Shown here: in pieces, positions 28,669 to 38,911 of the stretch | How positions within the stretch are numbered: position 1 is the stretch's first letter | How the letters are laid out: each line of letters begins with the position of its first letter | NCBI GenBank assembly: GCA_038918635.1 | Contig: JBCKZY010000002.1 | Coordinates: 6,591-70,590, forward strand | From: Thermodesulfovibrionia bacterium | GTDB taxonomy: Bacteria; Nitrospirota; Thermodesulfovibrionia; UBA6902 | Reading direction: 5' to 3' | DNA length: 64,000 bases | The notes under the pieces: model-generated | What the model saw: the letters and a program-made list of their open reading frames with translations, nothing else | Database searches by the model: none | Told to the model about the DNA's origin: nothing | Position numbers and translations under genes: made by a program

Positions 28669-29547
28669 ATGAAAAGACTTCTCTTGCCTGTTCTCGTATG
28701 TCTTGGCGCTCTCCTTTCAGCAGGCATTTCCACTGCTGAAGATGATGTAGTGCTTGCCGAGTTCGGTAACATAAGGATCACGCAGTCTGATTACAACAGG
28801 ACGTTTGAATTCTATCCGGAGGAGGTGCAGAACTCCATCAGGTCCAACCCCGAGTTTCAGAAGAGGTTCCTTGTCTCAATGGTGCAACTCAGGGTCATCT
28901 CGGGTATCGCCAGAGAAAAGGGAATTGATGAGATTCCGGAGCTCAAGGCGCGAATCGAAGTGCTTGTAAATGATCTCCTCTCCAAAGAGTTTATCAAAAG
29001 AGAGGTCCTGTCGAAGATCAGTATTACCGATGAAGATATGAGGTCGTACTACAAGGCCAACAGCGAGAGCTACACGGCACCCGAGTCTGTAAGGGCCCGC
29101 CATATCCTTCTCAAGGTCCCTGCAAATGCTGAAGAGAACGTAAAGCAGGATACGGAAAAGAAAGCAGAGGGGATACTGGAGAGGATAAGGTCAGGCGAGG
29201 ACTTTGAGAAGCTCGCTTCGGAGCTCTCCGATGACACGGGCTCAAAGCAAAAAGGTGGTGACGTTGGCTTTTTCCAGAGGGGCAGGATGGTAAAGCCATT
29301 TGAGGATGCGGCCTTCTCCATGAAGAAGGGAGAGGTAAGCGGTCTCGTCGAAACAAAATTCGGCTTTCATATCATCAGGGTAGACGACAGGAAAGAGGCA
29401 CAGCTGAAACCGTTTGACGGGGTAAAAGAAGAGATAAGATCAACCCTGACTAACCTCTTTGAGAAAGAAAAGACAACAGAATATGTTGATGAAGCGATGA
29501 AGAAATCAGGCGTTAAATTCTACTACGACAGGTTAGTGCTGGAGTAG
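28669..29547 (+). CDS. PpiC-type (parvulin) peptidyl-prolyl cis-trans isomerase, SurA/PrsA-like periplasmic chaperone
   Basis: Signal peptide MKRLLLPVLVCLGALLSA. ARHILLKV..GGDVGFF..FGFHIIRVDD parvulin domain. Start moved to the ATG after the ggaggaaattaATG RBS, because the 28615 start lies in the terminator. Confidence 0.8.
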   Translation: MKRLLLPVLVCLGALLSAGISTAEDDVVLAEFGNIRITQSDYNRTFEFYPEEVQNSIRSNPEFQKRFLVSMVQLRVISGIAREKGIDEIPELKARIEVLVNDLLSKEFIKREVLSKISITDEDMRSYYKANSESYTAPESVRARHILLKVPANAEENVKQDTEKKAEGILERIRSGEDFEKLASELSDDTGSKQKGGDVGFFQRGRMVKPFEDAAFSMKKGEVSGLVETKFGFHIIRVDDRKEAQLKPFDGVKEEIRSTLTNLFEKEKTTEYVDEAMKKSGVKFYYDRLVLE

Positions 29548-29690
29548 CCTTTAGAGTAGAGTCATCTCAAACCGGCAGTCCTGGATTTTTATCATCTCCC
29601 GTAGAAACCCGCGATTATAATTTGTATTATATATTCTAAATAGTTAATACGCGTGCTTTATCATAATTACCTGTCTTTACAACACACTTA

Positions 29691-30641
29691 TCACATGAAG
29701 TCAGTATCCCCCATCGTATAAAAAAAGAACCCTGCCACGTCCTTTTTTCTGAGAGCTTTTTCGAAGGTAGTGCAGGGGATTATGGTAGGCGCATTTTTTA
29801 TTGAATATCCAATACCTTTTATTTCATTTTCAAGGAATGGGGGGAACCAGAGACGTATCGTCCGCGCTCCAGTAGAGACTATATAATTTTCCATTTTCTG
29901 GAAAAGATGGGACATTATACCCTTCAGTGCAAGAAAGTCCATCAGGATTACCCGGTCTTCCTCCCGTTTCAGAACTACTATTCCGACGAGTTCGTTTCCA
30001 AGACGTTTCTTTAATCCTAACAGCTCATAACGAAACAAAGGGTGTTTTTTGTACCTCCAACAAAGATATTGTCTGTTACGAACAGCAGCAAGAGGAAGGT
30101 CCATTTTACAGATCTCCCATAACTTGTCAATCCTGTCATCATTATAATCAAGAGGAAAAAGCTTGAATTTCAGTCGACTGAGATTATTATGGAATACTGC
30201 CTCCTTGTTGCCTTCCAGCACATTTTCGACTTCTTCGTATAGCTTGAGAGCTATCGCGGGCCTTAATAATATATTTATAGTTGGAAAGCCATAACCCATA
30301 ATAATATGGTCTTGCACTGCTATCGGAGGAGTAAGAGACGAAATTGCTTTCAGGGCCCTGATACTACGGAATTGTGGATGTATCATTACATCGCATATGG
30401 ACAGTCCACTGGCTGACTTTCCTCTATATATCAGGGGGACATGCACCGCACCATAATGGCCGACTATATTTCCCAGATCATCCTCAGCTACCGAAGAATA
30501 AACCCTTAATGGATGGCTTTCGATATATTTCCATTGCCACTCCTGAAGAGACATTTCCCTTCCAAAAACTTCCCTGAAGAGTTTAATAATCCCTTCTTCA
30601 TCACCTGGCCTATAGAGCCTTACCTGTCGGAACTCTCCCAT
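29691..30641 (-). CDS. GNAT-family N-acyltransferase (two-domain), last gene of the wzm-wzt-GT4 operon
   Basis: 316 aa. N-terminal GNAT-like region (YRPGDEEGIIKLFREVFG). Confidence 0.5.
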   Translation of the reverse strand: MGEFRQVRLYRPGDEEGIIKLFREVFGREMSLQEWQWKYIESHPLRVYSSVAEDDLGNIVGHYGAVHVPLIYRGKSASGLSICDVMIHPQFRSIRALKAISSLTPPIAVQDHIIMGYGFPTINILLRPAIALKLYEEVENVLEGNKEAVFHNNLSRLKFKLFPLDYNDDRIDKLWEICKMDLPLAAVRNRQYLCWRYKKHPLFRYELLGLKKRLGNELVGIVVLKREEDRVILMDFLALKGIMSHLFQKMENYIVSTGARTIRLWFPPFLENEIKGIGYSIKNAPTIIPCTTFEKALRKKDVAGFFFYTMGDTDFM

Positions 30642-30655
30642 GCTGAAAATACTCC

Positions 30656-31792
30656 TTATGAAACTCCTGCTATGATATTTCTAAATTCCTGAATCATGGT
30701 TTCAAACCTGAAGGAAGCCGCTCTTTCCAGACCACTGGAAGAGAGTTGATTTCTTTTTTTATCGTCGGTCAGAAGCTGTAGTATCGCCTCTGCCATTTTG
30801 TCGTGGTCTTTGATCGGGACAAGGAGCCCGCTGATCCCGTGCTGAATGATTTCTGACGGGCCTGATGGAGAATCAGTGGCAACAACTGGGACACCAAGCG
30901 CCATGGCTTCTACAATCACGTTGCCGAATCCTTCAAAAAACGAAGAGAGGACAAATACATCAGCCTTTTTGATAAAAGGAAAAGGATTTTCCCTGAAGCC
31001 CATGAGAATAATGTCTTTTTCAATTTTCAGCGATTTTGCAGAATTCAGTATTTCATCTCTTAGTTCACCCTCTCCCAAGATAACCAGCCGTGATTGAATC
31101 TTTTTCTTTACTTTCCCGAATGCTCTGAGCAGAGTAAGAAAATCCTTCTGGGCATTTAGCCTGCATGCTGTCAAGATTGTTTTACCGCTGAATTCGTTTC
31201 CCGTGTCAATCGGTTCCATTGCCATCTTTTGGATAGTTTGTATGTCTATACCATTACGAACTATTGCGAGTTTATTTTCGGACAAACCAAAGTTGTTCAG
31301 GAGATCATCCCGCACCCCGGTTGAAGATACAACGATCAGACTGGGTCTTTTGAGGAGATACTGGAGGAAAAGTCCCTCCATGAATGTTGATGAACGTTCT
31401 TCTTTTCTGAAAAAAGCTGATATATTCCCGAGGATAGAACCGATGAGCGGTACTCTGAGCCGGAAAACGTCTCTGGCCACCGAGGCGTAAAAACATCCTG
31501 TATGCATGATACCGACAATGACATCAATTTTTTCGTCTTTGACTGTTTTCGCTATATTTCGTGCGTATCGGATGGTTTTAGAAAAAGATACACGCATAGG
31601 ATTACACTGTCCGTCTTCTTTGAAAGTGTGTATTGGTATTCCGCGATTGGAAAAATGTTCAGCTACAGTCGAGTGTGTCAGCAGTATGCATCGCATCCCT
31701 GAAAGACTCTTCATGATATGAAAGAACCTGATTTCAGCGCCGCCAATGGCTGTTGACGGGAGTACAAAGAGTATGGATTTTAAGTTATCCAT
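30656..31792 (-). CDS. glycosyltransferase family 4
   Basis: 378 aa. EGFGNVIVEAMALGVPVVATD GT-B motif. Confidence 0.8.
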   Translation of the reverse strand: MDNLKSILFVLPSTAIGGAEIRFFHIMKSLSGMRCILLTHSTVAEHFSNRGIPIHTFKEDGQCNPMRVSFSKTIRYARNIAKTVKDEKIDVIVGIMHTGCFYASVARDVFRLRVPLIGSILGNISAFFRKEERSSTFMEGLFLQYLLKRPSLIVVSSTGVRDDLLNNFGLSENKLAIVRNGIDIQTIQKMAMEPIDTGNEFSGKTILTACRLNAQKDFLTLLRAFGKVKKKIQSRLVILGEGELRDEILNSAKSLKIEKDIILMGFRENPFPFIKKADVFVLSSFFEGFGNVIVEAMALGVPVVATDSPSGPSEIIQHGISGLLVPIKDHDKMAEAILQLLTDDKKRNQLSSSGLERAASFRFETMIQEFRNIIAGVS

Positions 31793-32943
31793 TTGTGAGA
31801 TAGGTTCATAATTCCCGGCTCTATCGATTCCTTCAGGATGGTAAACGATGATGACGTCTTCCTGTCAAAGATATGGACAAATTGTTCATCCATTGTAAAA
31901 ATGTCTATAAAAAATGTTCCCTCTTTTAGCTGGATGGAGGGGAAACAGAGCTTGATGGCGCGGTTGCCAAGGAACGTATCGAATTCTTTTGTTCCGGTTC
32001 CTGAGATATTTAAACCGTCTATTCTCTTTAGTATCGCTGCAACCCGATAGGGGACGGTGTGGTCAGAGGCATGGATCTCTATATCAACATTCAGGTCGTC
32101 ACCACACCGGACCATGGGAAACGGGGTTACAATCACATCGCGTATGATAACAGAATTTGACGTGTCTGCCTTCTCATGTGCCTTTTCTACTTTTTCTTCT
32201 GGAATACTAACGTTCTTCTTAAGCTGATACGTCTCATAGGCCTGTGTAATCTCATGCGCTGAACCTTCCATATGGATTTTGCCGTTCTTTAACCATACAA
32301 CCCTGTCACAGAGCCTGTTGATGTAGTACATGCTGTGGGAGCAGAAAAGAATGGTCTTGCCGGCTTCCTTGAAGGAAAGGATCCTGTCAGTGCTCTTTTT
32401 CTGGAAATAGAGGTCGCCTACTGAAAGTGCCTCGTCCACAACGAGAACATCAGGCTGGACCGCCATGGCTACAGAGAAGGCAAGCCTTACGTACATCCCT
32501 GAGGAATATGTCTTGAGCGGGTAGTTGATATGCTCCCCGATTTCCGCAAACGAGATGATTTCCTCTATCTTATCTTTAATATCTGCCGGCGAAATACCGA
32601 TGAGTGAGCCGTAAAAATAGATATTGTCAATTCCGGTGAACTCAGGGTGAAATCCGGAACCGAGTTCCAGTAGGGAGGATATCCTGCCGTGAACAGACAC
32701 TTCACCGCTGGAGGGTTTCAGTGTCCTTGAGATTATTTTCAGGAGAGTCGACTTTCCTGCCCCGTTTTCACCGATTATGCCTAGTGTTTCACCCTTTTTT
32801 ACGTTCAGGATGATAGTGTCGAGAGCAACGAACTCGTTGTGGCATGTTTTCCGTAAGACCAGCTCCCTGAGCCTGTCAAAAGGCCTGTCATAGAGCTTAT
32901 ATACCTTACTCATATTATTTATTTTGATAGGGAAACCGTTCAT
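31780..32943 (-). CDS. wzt: O-antigen/polysaccharide ABC exporter ATP-binding protein Wzt with extra C-terminal (carbohydrate-binding-like) domain
   Basis: 387 aa. Walker A GENGAGKST, LSGGQ-like YSSGM and Walker B LVVDEA present. About 130-aa C-terminal extension. Confidence 0.8.
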   Translation of the reverse strand: MNGFPIKINNMSKVYKLYDRPFDRLRELVLRKTCHNEFVALDTIILNVKKGETLGIIGENGAGKSTLLKIISRTLKPSSGEVSVHGRISSLLELGSGFHPEFTGIDNIYFYGSLIGISPADIKDKIEEIISFAEIGEHINYPLKTYSSGMYVRLAFSVAMAVQPDVLVVDEALSVGDLYFQKKSTDRILSFKEAGKTILFCSHSMYYINRLCDRVVWLKNGKIHMEGSAHEITQAYETYQLKKNVSIPEEKVEKAHEKADTSNSVIIRDVIVTPFPMVRCGDDLNVDIEIHASDHTVPYRVAAILKRIDGLNISGTGTKEFDTFLGNRAIKLCFPSIQLKEGTFFIDIFTMDEQFVHIFDRKTSSSFTILKESIEPGIMNLSHKWIT

Positions 32944-32945
32944 TG

Positions 32946-33713
32946 TTAAAGTATATCAGCAAATCCATCTTCCAGTTTATTAAAAACTTTTATTCCGAGA
33001 AGCAGAAACAACAAAGCAATAAAAAGCATGCCTGAGAAATATCGGATATCAGGAATTTGATGCTCAAATATAATTATGTGATATGATTCAATATACACAG
33101 TAATAGGGTTAAGATAAACTAAACCCTTAAGTTTATCTGGTATAATATCAAGCGGGTAGAGAATCGGAGACAGAAAGAACATTCCCTGAATCACATAACC
33201 AATTACCTGAAGAATATCTTTCAAGTATGGTACGATCGCGGCTATCAACAGCGCGATCCCGACAGAGAATATGATCTGAAGTACGAGTACGGGTATGATG
33301 AAAGCAAAGTATGGGTGAAATAACCCCGAGAAAGAGAAGATAATTAAAGCAAAAACAACCCCGATCAATTGTTGTAAATATCCTGAAAGAGTTATTGCTA
33401 CGGGCAAAACTGATTTGGGAAAAGACACCTTTTTTACCAGTTCCGCGTTTTCAATGAGTGTTGTTCCTGATCTAATGATTCCTTCAGAAATCGCGAGCCA
33501 AAAGAAATATGTTGACATAAGGTAGTATACAAATGGGATTTGATCGTTGTTATACGGTCTGATACGCATAATAGATGAAAAAACAAACCAGTAGAGTAAG
33601 ATCTGCAAAACCGGCAGGATGAGCGTCCAGAAAACCCCAAGACCAGAGCCGGCGAAGCGTGCTTTTATGTCTTTTATCAGGAAGTATTTGACGAGCTTAA
33701 GCCAATTTGACAT
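32946..33713 (-). CDS. wzm: ABC-2 type polysaccharide exporter permease Wzm
   Basis: 255 aa. Six TM helices. N-terminal LKYFLIKDIKARFAGSGLGVFWT signature. Confidence 0.8.
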   Translation of the reverse strand: MSNWLKLVKYFLIKDIKARFAGSGLGVFWTLILPVLQILLYWFVFSSIMRIRPYNNDQIPFVYYLMSTYFFWLAISEGIIRSGTTLIENAELVKKVSFPKSVLPVAITLSGYLQQLIGVVFALIIFSFSGLFHPYFAFIIPVLVLQIIFSVGIALLIAAIVPYLKDILQVIGYVIQGMFFLSPILYPLDIIPDKLKGLVYLNPITVYIESYHIIIFEHQIPDIRYFSGMLFIALLFLLLGIKVFNKLEDGFADIL

Positions 33714-33863
33714 TTGCTATATAGTATACTAAAATTCTTACAGTCTATGCCACAATGATTAATACATGAATATCTTCTTTTTTAGTGCACGTAACACCCT
33801 CATTTTTTTATTGCGATAGTAAATCTGACGTAAGATGGTTTATGTTTTTAAGATAAGCATTTT

Positions 33864-34955
33864 ATGAATAAGTCTCTGATTCTCACGGGTTTTGATCCTT
33901 TTAATCATTCAGGCGGTATTGAGGTTTATACACTTGAACTCATCAAGCTTCTGGAAGATTATCGAATTAATGCAGACATACTGTGTGCTTCTGATTTTCA
34001 GAATTCTTATAATCTAAACAACGCGTTTATCGGAAAGGTTTACAATGCTGGCAGAAGTATTTTGTCTCTCACTCATGATGTATATGATTTTGTCATTTTG
34101 AACGGATATTATGGAGGGGGATATTTCCCTAAACGGATAAAATCATATACCATATTTCATTCAACACATTCCGGTTACGCCGAGGCAGTCAAGAAGATTG
34201 TTCCCAGAAGCACTTATCTCGAGATTAAGTATATTATTGGAGATATCCTGGAACAGTCATCAGCTTATGACTCACAAATAATAGCTGTAAGCGAAATGGT
34301 TAAGTCTGAATTGATCCGATACTACAATATTCAGGATGTTAAAGTTATCCCAAATCCTGTTGATACTGATTTTTTCCACCAGCTTCCCATGAGAAAATCA
34401 CTACGAGAAAAATATGGGGTATCTATGAATCAAAAAGTCGCTCTTTTTGTTGGAAGATGGGAAAAATCTAAAGGGTGTGATGTGATAGAGAGAGTGATGA
34501 AGCATTTCAAAGACCTTTTTTGGATCATTGTTTCCTCTACAGGTGGAGAGATCTCGCCTCCTGACAAACGGAATATACTGAATCTCTCAAGGCTTAGCCA
34601 TATTGAAATGAGAGAGATATACAGTCTCTCGGATTTCATGCTGATGCCCTCCAGGTATGAAGGTTTTGGTTTGGCTGCAGCGGAAGCAATGTCATCAGGG
34701 CTGCCCGTAATTGGCACACCAGTTGGTTTTCTTCGTGATGTATATTTAAAAGAACCTTTTTCCATATTATCCGTCCCTTATATTCAGCTTCGTACCAGTG
34801 AAACCGTTCATCATATTACAGAAGCAATTCATGATCTATTTTCCGATGAACGCCGATTCATGGAAATTTCCCGGAAGGGTCGTGAAGAAATACAGCATAA
34901 TTTCAATAAACAACGCTGGTTAAAACGCATGAGAGATGTGCTATGTCTAATGTGA
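33864..34955 (+). CDS. glycosyltransferase family 4
   Basis: 363 aa. EGFGLAAAEAMSSGLPVIGT motif. Confidence 0.75.
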   Translation: MNKSLILTGFDPFNHSGGIEVYTLELIKLLEDYRINADILCASDFQNSYNLNNAFIGKVYNAGRSILSLTHDVYDFVILNGYYGGGYFPKRIKSYTIFHSTHSGYAEAVKKIVPRSTYLEIKYIIGDILEQSSAYDSQIIAVSEMVKSELIRYYNIQDVKVIPNPVDTDFFHQLPMRKSLREKYGVSMNQKVALFVGRWEKSKGCDVIERVMKHFKDLFWIIVSSTGGEISPPDKRNILNLSRLSHIEMREIYSLSDFMLMPSRYEGFGLAAAEAMSSGLPVIGTPVGFLRDVYLKEPFSILSVPYIQLRTSETVHHITEAIHDLFSDERRFMEISRKGREEIQHNFNKQRWLKRMRDVLCLM

Positions 34956-35938
34956 AAAGCATAAACGACAGTCTACCAGAAGGGATAACAACAGCATTGA
35001 TTATTTCACCCCATCCTGATGATGAAACCCTTGGTTGTGGTGGAACGATAGCCTTGTACGCAGATAGGATTACCTTTACAGTTGTTGTTCTGTCTAATGG
35101 TGAAGCGCTCAACATTGAGGAGATGAATATAGCTGAAATCAGAAAGCGTGAGCTTATGGAAGCTATGAAAATACTTGGGGTCTCAGATATTTTATATCTC
35201 AATATCCCTGATGGAAAATTTCTAATGCACACAGATGAAATTAAAAAAAGTCTTTCGGAAATATATAATAAAAGACGACCTGATATTGTGTTTACTCCTT
35301 CTCCCCATGACACTCATCCTGACCACTCGACTGCGGCAAATGTGTGCATCGACCTTATTGCAAGTTTCCCATCTGTTAAACTTGCTTTTTATGAAAGCTT
35401 CGGTCCTTTCAGATTTAATACGCTCATTGATATTGGAGATGTTGTAAACATTAAAAATAAAAGTCTAAATAAATATCATTATAGTATGTTGAAGAAGGAG
35501 GATATTTTTATTTCTTCCTGTCTTTCCTTAAATAAAGCCAAGTCAGTCGTGAAACTCAACGAATCATTTTATGAGGCATTCCTGATATCTGATGATATTC
35601 GTGAGCTATTTAGTTCACCTGAAGAAAGACTTCTGCAATCGATTAAATCTGCAGATACAATAGTATCCCATCTTCAAGAGGCTGAATCAGTAATCGCTAA
35701 TAATAATAATACGATAAAAGAAATGACTAACAGAATTCAGAACCTGGAATCACTACTTGCGGAGACAACTAATTCAACGAATGAGCTTATTCAAAAACTT
35801 GATTTGATCGAGGGAAGTTTCTTATGGAAATGTGCAACTTTCTATTATAAAGCGAGAGATATTCTCTTTCCAATGGGGAGTAGAAGAAAATGGTTATTCA
35901 GTAAAGTTGTATCTCTCATAAAAAAGATGTTTTCATAA
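34943..35938 (+). CDS. PIG-L/LmbE-family N-acetylglucosaminyl deacetylase with C-terminal coiled-coil tail
   Basis: LIISPHPDDETLGCGG and HPDH present. C-terminal heptad-rich region ends in SFLWKCATFYYKARDIL. Confidence 0.75.
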   Translation: MSNVKSINDSLPEGITTALIISPHPDDETLGCGGTIALYADRITFTVVVLSNGEALNIEEMNIAEIRKRELMEAMKILGVSDILYLNIPDGKFLMHTDEIKKSLSEIYNKRRPDIVFTPSPHDTHPDHSTAANVCIDLIASFPSVKLAFYESFGPFRFNTLIDIGDVVNIKNKSLNKYHYSMLKKEDIFISSCLSLNKAKSVVKLNESFYEAFLISDDIRELFSSPEERLLQSIKSADTIVSHLQEAESVIANNNNTIKEMTNRIQNLESLLAETTNSTNELIQKLDLIEGSFLWKCATFYYKARDILFPMGSRRKWLFSKVVSLIKKMFS

Positions 35939-35989
35939 ATTATGTGTTATCCATATTATCATATTCTGGAACGGAAGATATGCTGTCCA

Positions 35990-36124
35990 TTAACATTCCG
36001 ATAAGCTGGTCTGTGCAATTAACGGCATAAAAAATGTCCAAAGGATTCCAAGCACCGAGCCGGCATACCTGGTCTTCATGTCCTTTATCATAAAGTACTT
36101 CAGAAGATTTAATTTGTTTTTCAT
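35990..36124 (-). pseudogene. 45-codon remnant of a second wzm (ABC-2 permease N-terminus only)
   Basis: Reverse strand reads MKNKLNLLKYFMIKDMKTRYAGSVLGILWTFFMPLIAQTSLSEC then stop. It is collinear with the N-terminus of Wzm at 32946-33713 (MSNWLKLVKYFLIKDIKARFAGSGLGVFWTLILPVLQ). Confidence 0.6.
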
Positions 36125-36155
36125 GGTTTCTGAAAAATACAGGCACTTCAATCCC

Positions 36156-36767
36156 TCACCTCTTTTTAGTCCTTGACTCCCTCCTCGTCTTCGTCTTCGG
36201 AGCTTCCTTAGGGTTTGCAGTCATAGCTGCTCCCACTTGTCTGGTCTTAGGCTTTGACGGATCAATAATATTGACCTCTACCTCATCATCATCCTTTACC
36301 ATCAGCACCCTGTCCTGATATACCTCGTCAAGGGTATAACCGCTTAATCTCTCTCCTTTTCTCAAGGCCTGCTGTCTTTTGCCCCTTCCGGGGGTGCTGA
36401 GGGGAGTTTTTATATCCTCCATGTACGCGATCTTCACATCACCAATCATCATCGTACCGTAGAGGACAAAATCAGGTCTTGCTACGACAGCCTCCTCGTT
36501 TACCGGTTCGGGTATCCTCCTCTCAGGATTGAATAGGTTTCTCTCTGCTATGATTATGTAGTCCGACTGGAACGCGGTCTTCTTCGCGGAAGGCTCTTTG
36601 CTCTTGTCCGGAGCTTCAGCTGACCCCTCGCTCAAAGGAGGCATGGTATATTCAATATCGGCATTAAGCAACGGCAGTAGACCATACAGAACAAACAGAA
36701 CAAGCGTTATAGATAATAAGATATTTATAACATTGATATTTTTATAAATAGTACTTAGCTTTAACAT
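36156..36767 (-). CDS. GspC/PilP-like T2SS inner-membrane component (secretin-interacting HR-type domain)
   Basis: 203 aa. N-terminal TM. C-terminal beta domain DFVLYGTMMIGDVKIAYMED...GERLSGYTLDEV. Confidence 0.45.
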   Translation of the reverse strand: MLKLSTIYKNINVINILLSITLVLFVLYGLLPLLNADIEYTMPPLSEGSAEAPDKSKEPSAKKTAFQSDYIIIAERNLFNPERRIPEPVNEEAVVARPDFVLYGTMMIGDVKIAYMEDIKTPLSTPGRGKRQQALRKGERLSGYTLDEVYQDRVLMVKDDDEVEVNIIDPSKPKTRQVGAAMTANPKEAPKTKTRRESRTKKR

Positions 36768-36768
36768 C

Positions 36769-37344
36769 TCATTTACCAGCGGACAATGCCGACAAATCCA
36801 GTTTAATGGTAAGTTTGTCCTGCCCTCTCTTCTTTCCTCTTATAGACCTTGCTTTTCTGACCCTCACGTCAAGTCCTTTAACCACTATGTAGGGAGTACT
36901 CGTCTCTATAGAGTAAAGGATGTCGCCAAGTACCCCGGCATCCGGCATCTCTGTATCAATACTGACGGTTATAACCTTGAACGGACCGTAATCCTCCATC
37001 TTATTTACCCGTTGACTTTTAATAGTACCTCCACTGCCCAGAATGATCTCTTTAACAATCTTCTGAAGGGTCGCAGAGGCGATGGAAAGCGAAGATGCCT
37101 CGATCAACTTTGCGTTATCGGCCTGTCTTTCCTCCCTCAGCAAGGCAAGTTCCTTTTCAATCCGCGGCTTTTCCGATATCAGGGAGTTATACTTGTTGAG
37201 CAAATCCAGTTTCAGATCCCTCTCTTCACTTATCTCCGCCAGGCCTGTACTGATTCTTATATACCCGTACTGATAGATAACCAGACTAACAAGTATGACC
37301 ATAACGGGTATCGCGATTATCAGGGTTCTACTCTTCTGTATCAT
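36769..37344 (-). CDS. GspM/PilO-like T2SS component
   Basis: 191 aa. TM helix, then coiled-coil, then C-terminal domain. Confidence 0.5.
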   Translation of the reverse strand: MIQKSRTLIIAIPVMVILVSLVIYQYGYIRISTGLAEISEERDLKLDLLNKYNSLISEKPRIEKELALLREERQADNAKLIEASSLSIASATLQKIVKEIILGSGGTIKSQRVNKMEDYGPFKVITVSIDTEMPDAGVLGDILYSIETSTPYIVVKGLDVRVRKARSIRGKKRGQDKLTIKLDLSALSAGK

Positions 37345-38911
37345 CGGCTGAATATGTTCCCTTCATCTTTTCTATTTTTATATCCATATTTTCTCTTTCT
37401 ATCTCCACGAATTCTCTATTTATCTCTATCTTAATCCTGAACCTGTCAGAATTCATTTTGGCGTCCCTGATAGTCGGGGAGGTAAACTCGACCTTAGCAA
37501 AATATCCGGAAGCATCCAGTTTCGGCAGCAGTTCGATCGCGGAACCGGCATTACCCTCTATCTCGACAGTTTCCGCGGTGATTCTCAACTTTGTAAGGTA
37601 AGAGCCGTCGGGAATGATGTTGGTCAGTTCCTTGACTATGTCAATTCTCATGGGGAACTCTTCCTTGAACTTCTCTAAAGAGACAATTTCTGAAGCTATG
37701 TTATCAATCTCCTTCTTTAACGCCTCAACTTCCCTGGCCTCATCCCTTGTGAGGTTAATCTGTTCCGATATGCTCTCAAGCCGTTTACCCTCTAACTTGA
37801 TAGGATAGGCCAAATAAAAAATCCATGTAGATACTAATGCTATTATCAGTATTAATGACAGGACGAACGGAGTTTTCTCTCTCTCGGTGATACCTTTCTT
37901 AAGAAGGTTATAGCCCTGTGAATCCGGCCACATTGACTGGACCGCGCATCCTGTGGCGGCATAGGGTATCTCATCAGCCGGGCCTGAGAATTCGAGCTTT
38001 TTATCGATACCTTCCATTGTTCTGACCGGGCTTTCAATTCGTGATTCAAGAAGACCCTTCAGTGCATCACGATTCTTACTGAATCTGGCGACAATCTCAG
38101 GGGAGATACCCTCATGACCCGCAGTGTCCGATAGTACTCTTAAACATTCAGAGACAGCAACGAGTCCCGACTCGTCATCACCGGGCTTCAATACGCCGGA
38201 AAGTGTCTTTCTCAGAAAACCATCAACGAATAAAGAACCGACATATTCATTATCCCCAGCTTCAAGAATTATGTTGTCCGCATTCTGATTAGTGTATTGA
38301 TAAAGAGCGCCCAGGCCTGAAAGGCTGGCCGTTATCCTGCTTACGTTATAACCGCTCTCTTTAAGGTCATTAATATACGGCATTACTGAAGAGGCCCTGA
38401 CCGCCATAACCACGACCGTCAGCCTGTCCCCTTCCTCCCTCAGCACCCTGAAGTCAAAAAGCGCCTCATCCGCGCTGAAAGGGGTTAGCCTGTCCATCTC
38501 GCCTGCGATAACGCCCGCGATGTTCTCCCTTATTGTGGAAGGGAATTCAGAGGCCCTTAGTACTATCCATGCTTTGGGTATCCCGAGAGTTATCTCAGGG
38601 TCTGATACCCCGAATTCGTTTAAGCTCAACTCAAGGGATGAAGTTACATCCTTTGGCTGCGGATATTTGCCGCTCTGAAAAGGAAAATTATTTATCCCCT
38701 TAAGGTAGATTTTTGAAAAGGTTCTTAAGCAGTAGGCAACTGATAGAGCGCCGTCTTCAATCGAGACAGAGACGGTCTTTTTAGGTAATATCAGATTATC
38801 AAGAGGTGTGTACGTCAGTATCCTTCTAAGGGACGAAGATATACTCCTGATCCTCTCAGTCGATTCCGCCACAATGGATTTAATATTCTCAGCTCTTGTC
38901 ATATCTGTCAT
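37328..38911 (-). CDS. gspL: GspL-like T2SS component (cytoplasmic actin-like domain, TM, periplasmic PilN-like domain); start 38911 or 38902
   Basis: One TM helix (FVLSLILIIALVSTWIFYLAY) separates the two domains. The ORF-track start at 38977 would overlap gspK by 89 nt. Confidence 0.55.
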   Translation of the reverse strand: MTDMTRAENIKSIVAESTERIRSISSSLRRILTYTPLDNLILPKKTVSVSIEDGALSVAYCLRTFSKIYLKGINNFPFQSGKYPQPKDVTSSLELSLNEFGVSDPEITLGIPKAWIVLRASEFPSTIRENIAGVIAGEMDRLTPFSADEALFDFRVLREEGDRLTVVVMAVRASSVMPYINDLKESGYNVSRITASLSGLGALYQYTNQNADNIILEAGDNEYVGSLFVDGFLRKTLSGVLKPGDDESGLVAVSECLRVLSDTAGHEGISPEIVARFSKNRDALKGLLESRIESPVRTMEGIDKKLEFSGPADEIPYAATGCAVQSMWPDSQGYNLLKKGITEREKTPFVLSLILIIALVSTWIFYLAYPIKLEGKRLESISEQINLTRDEAREVEALKKEIDNIASEIVSLEKFKEEFPMRIDIVKELTNIIPDGSYLTKLRITAETVEIEGNAGSAIELLPKLDASGYFAKVEFTSPTIRDAKMNSDRFRIKIEINREFVEIERENMDIKIEKMKGTYSADDTEE

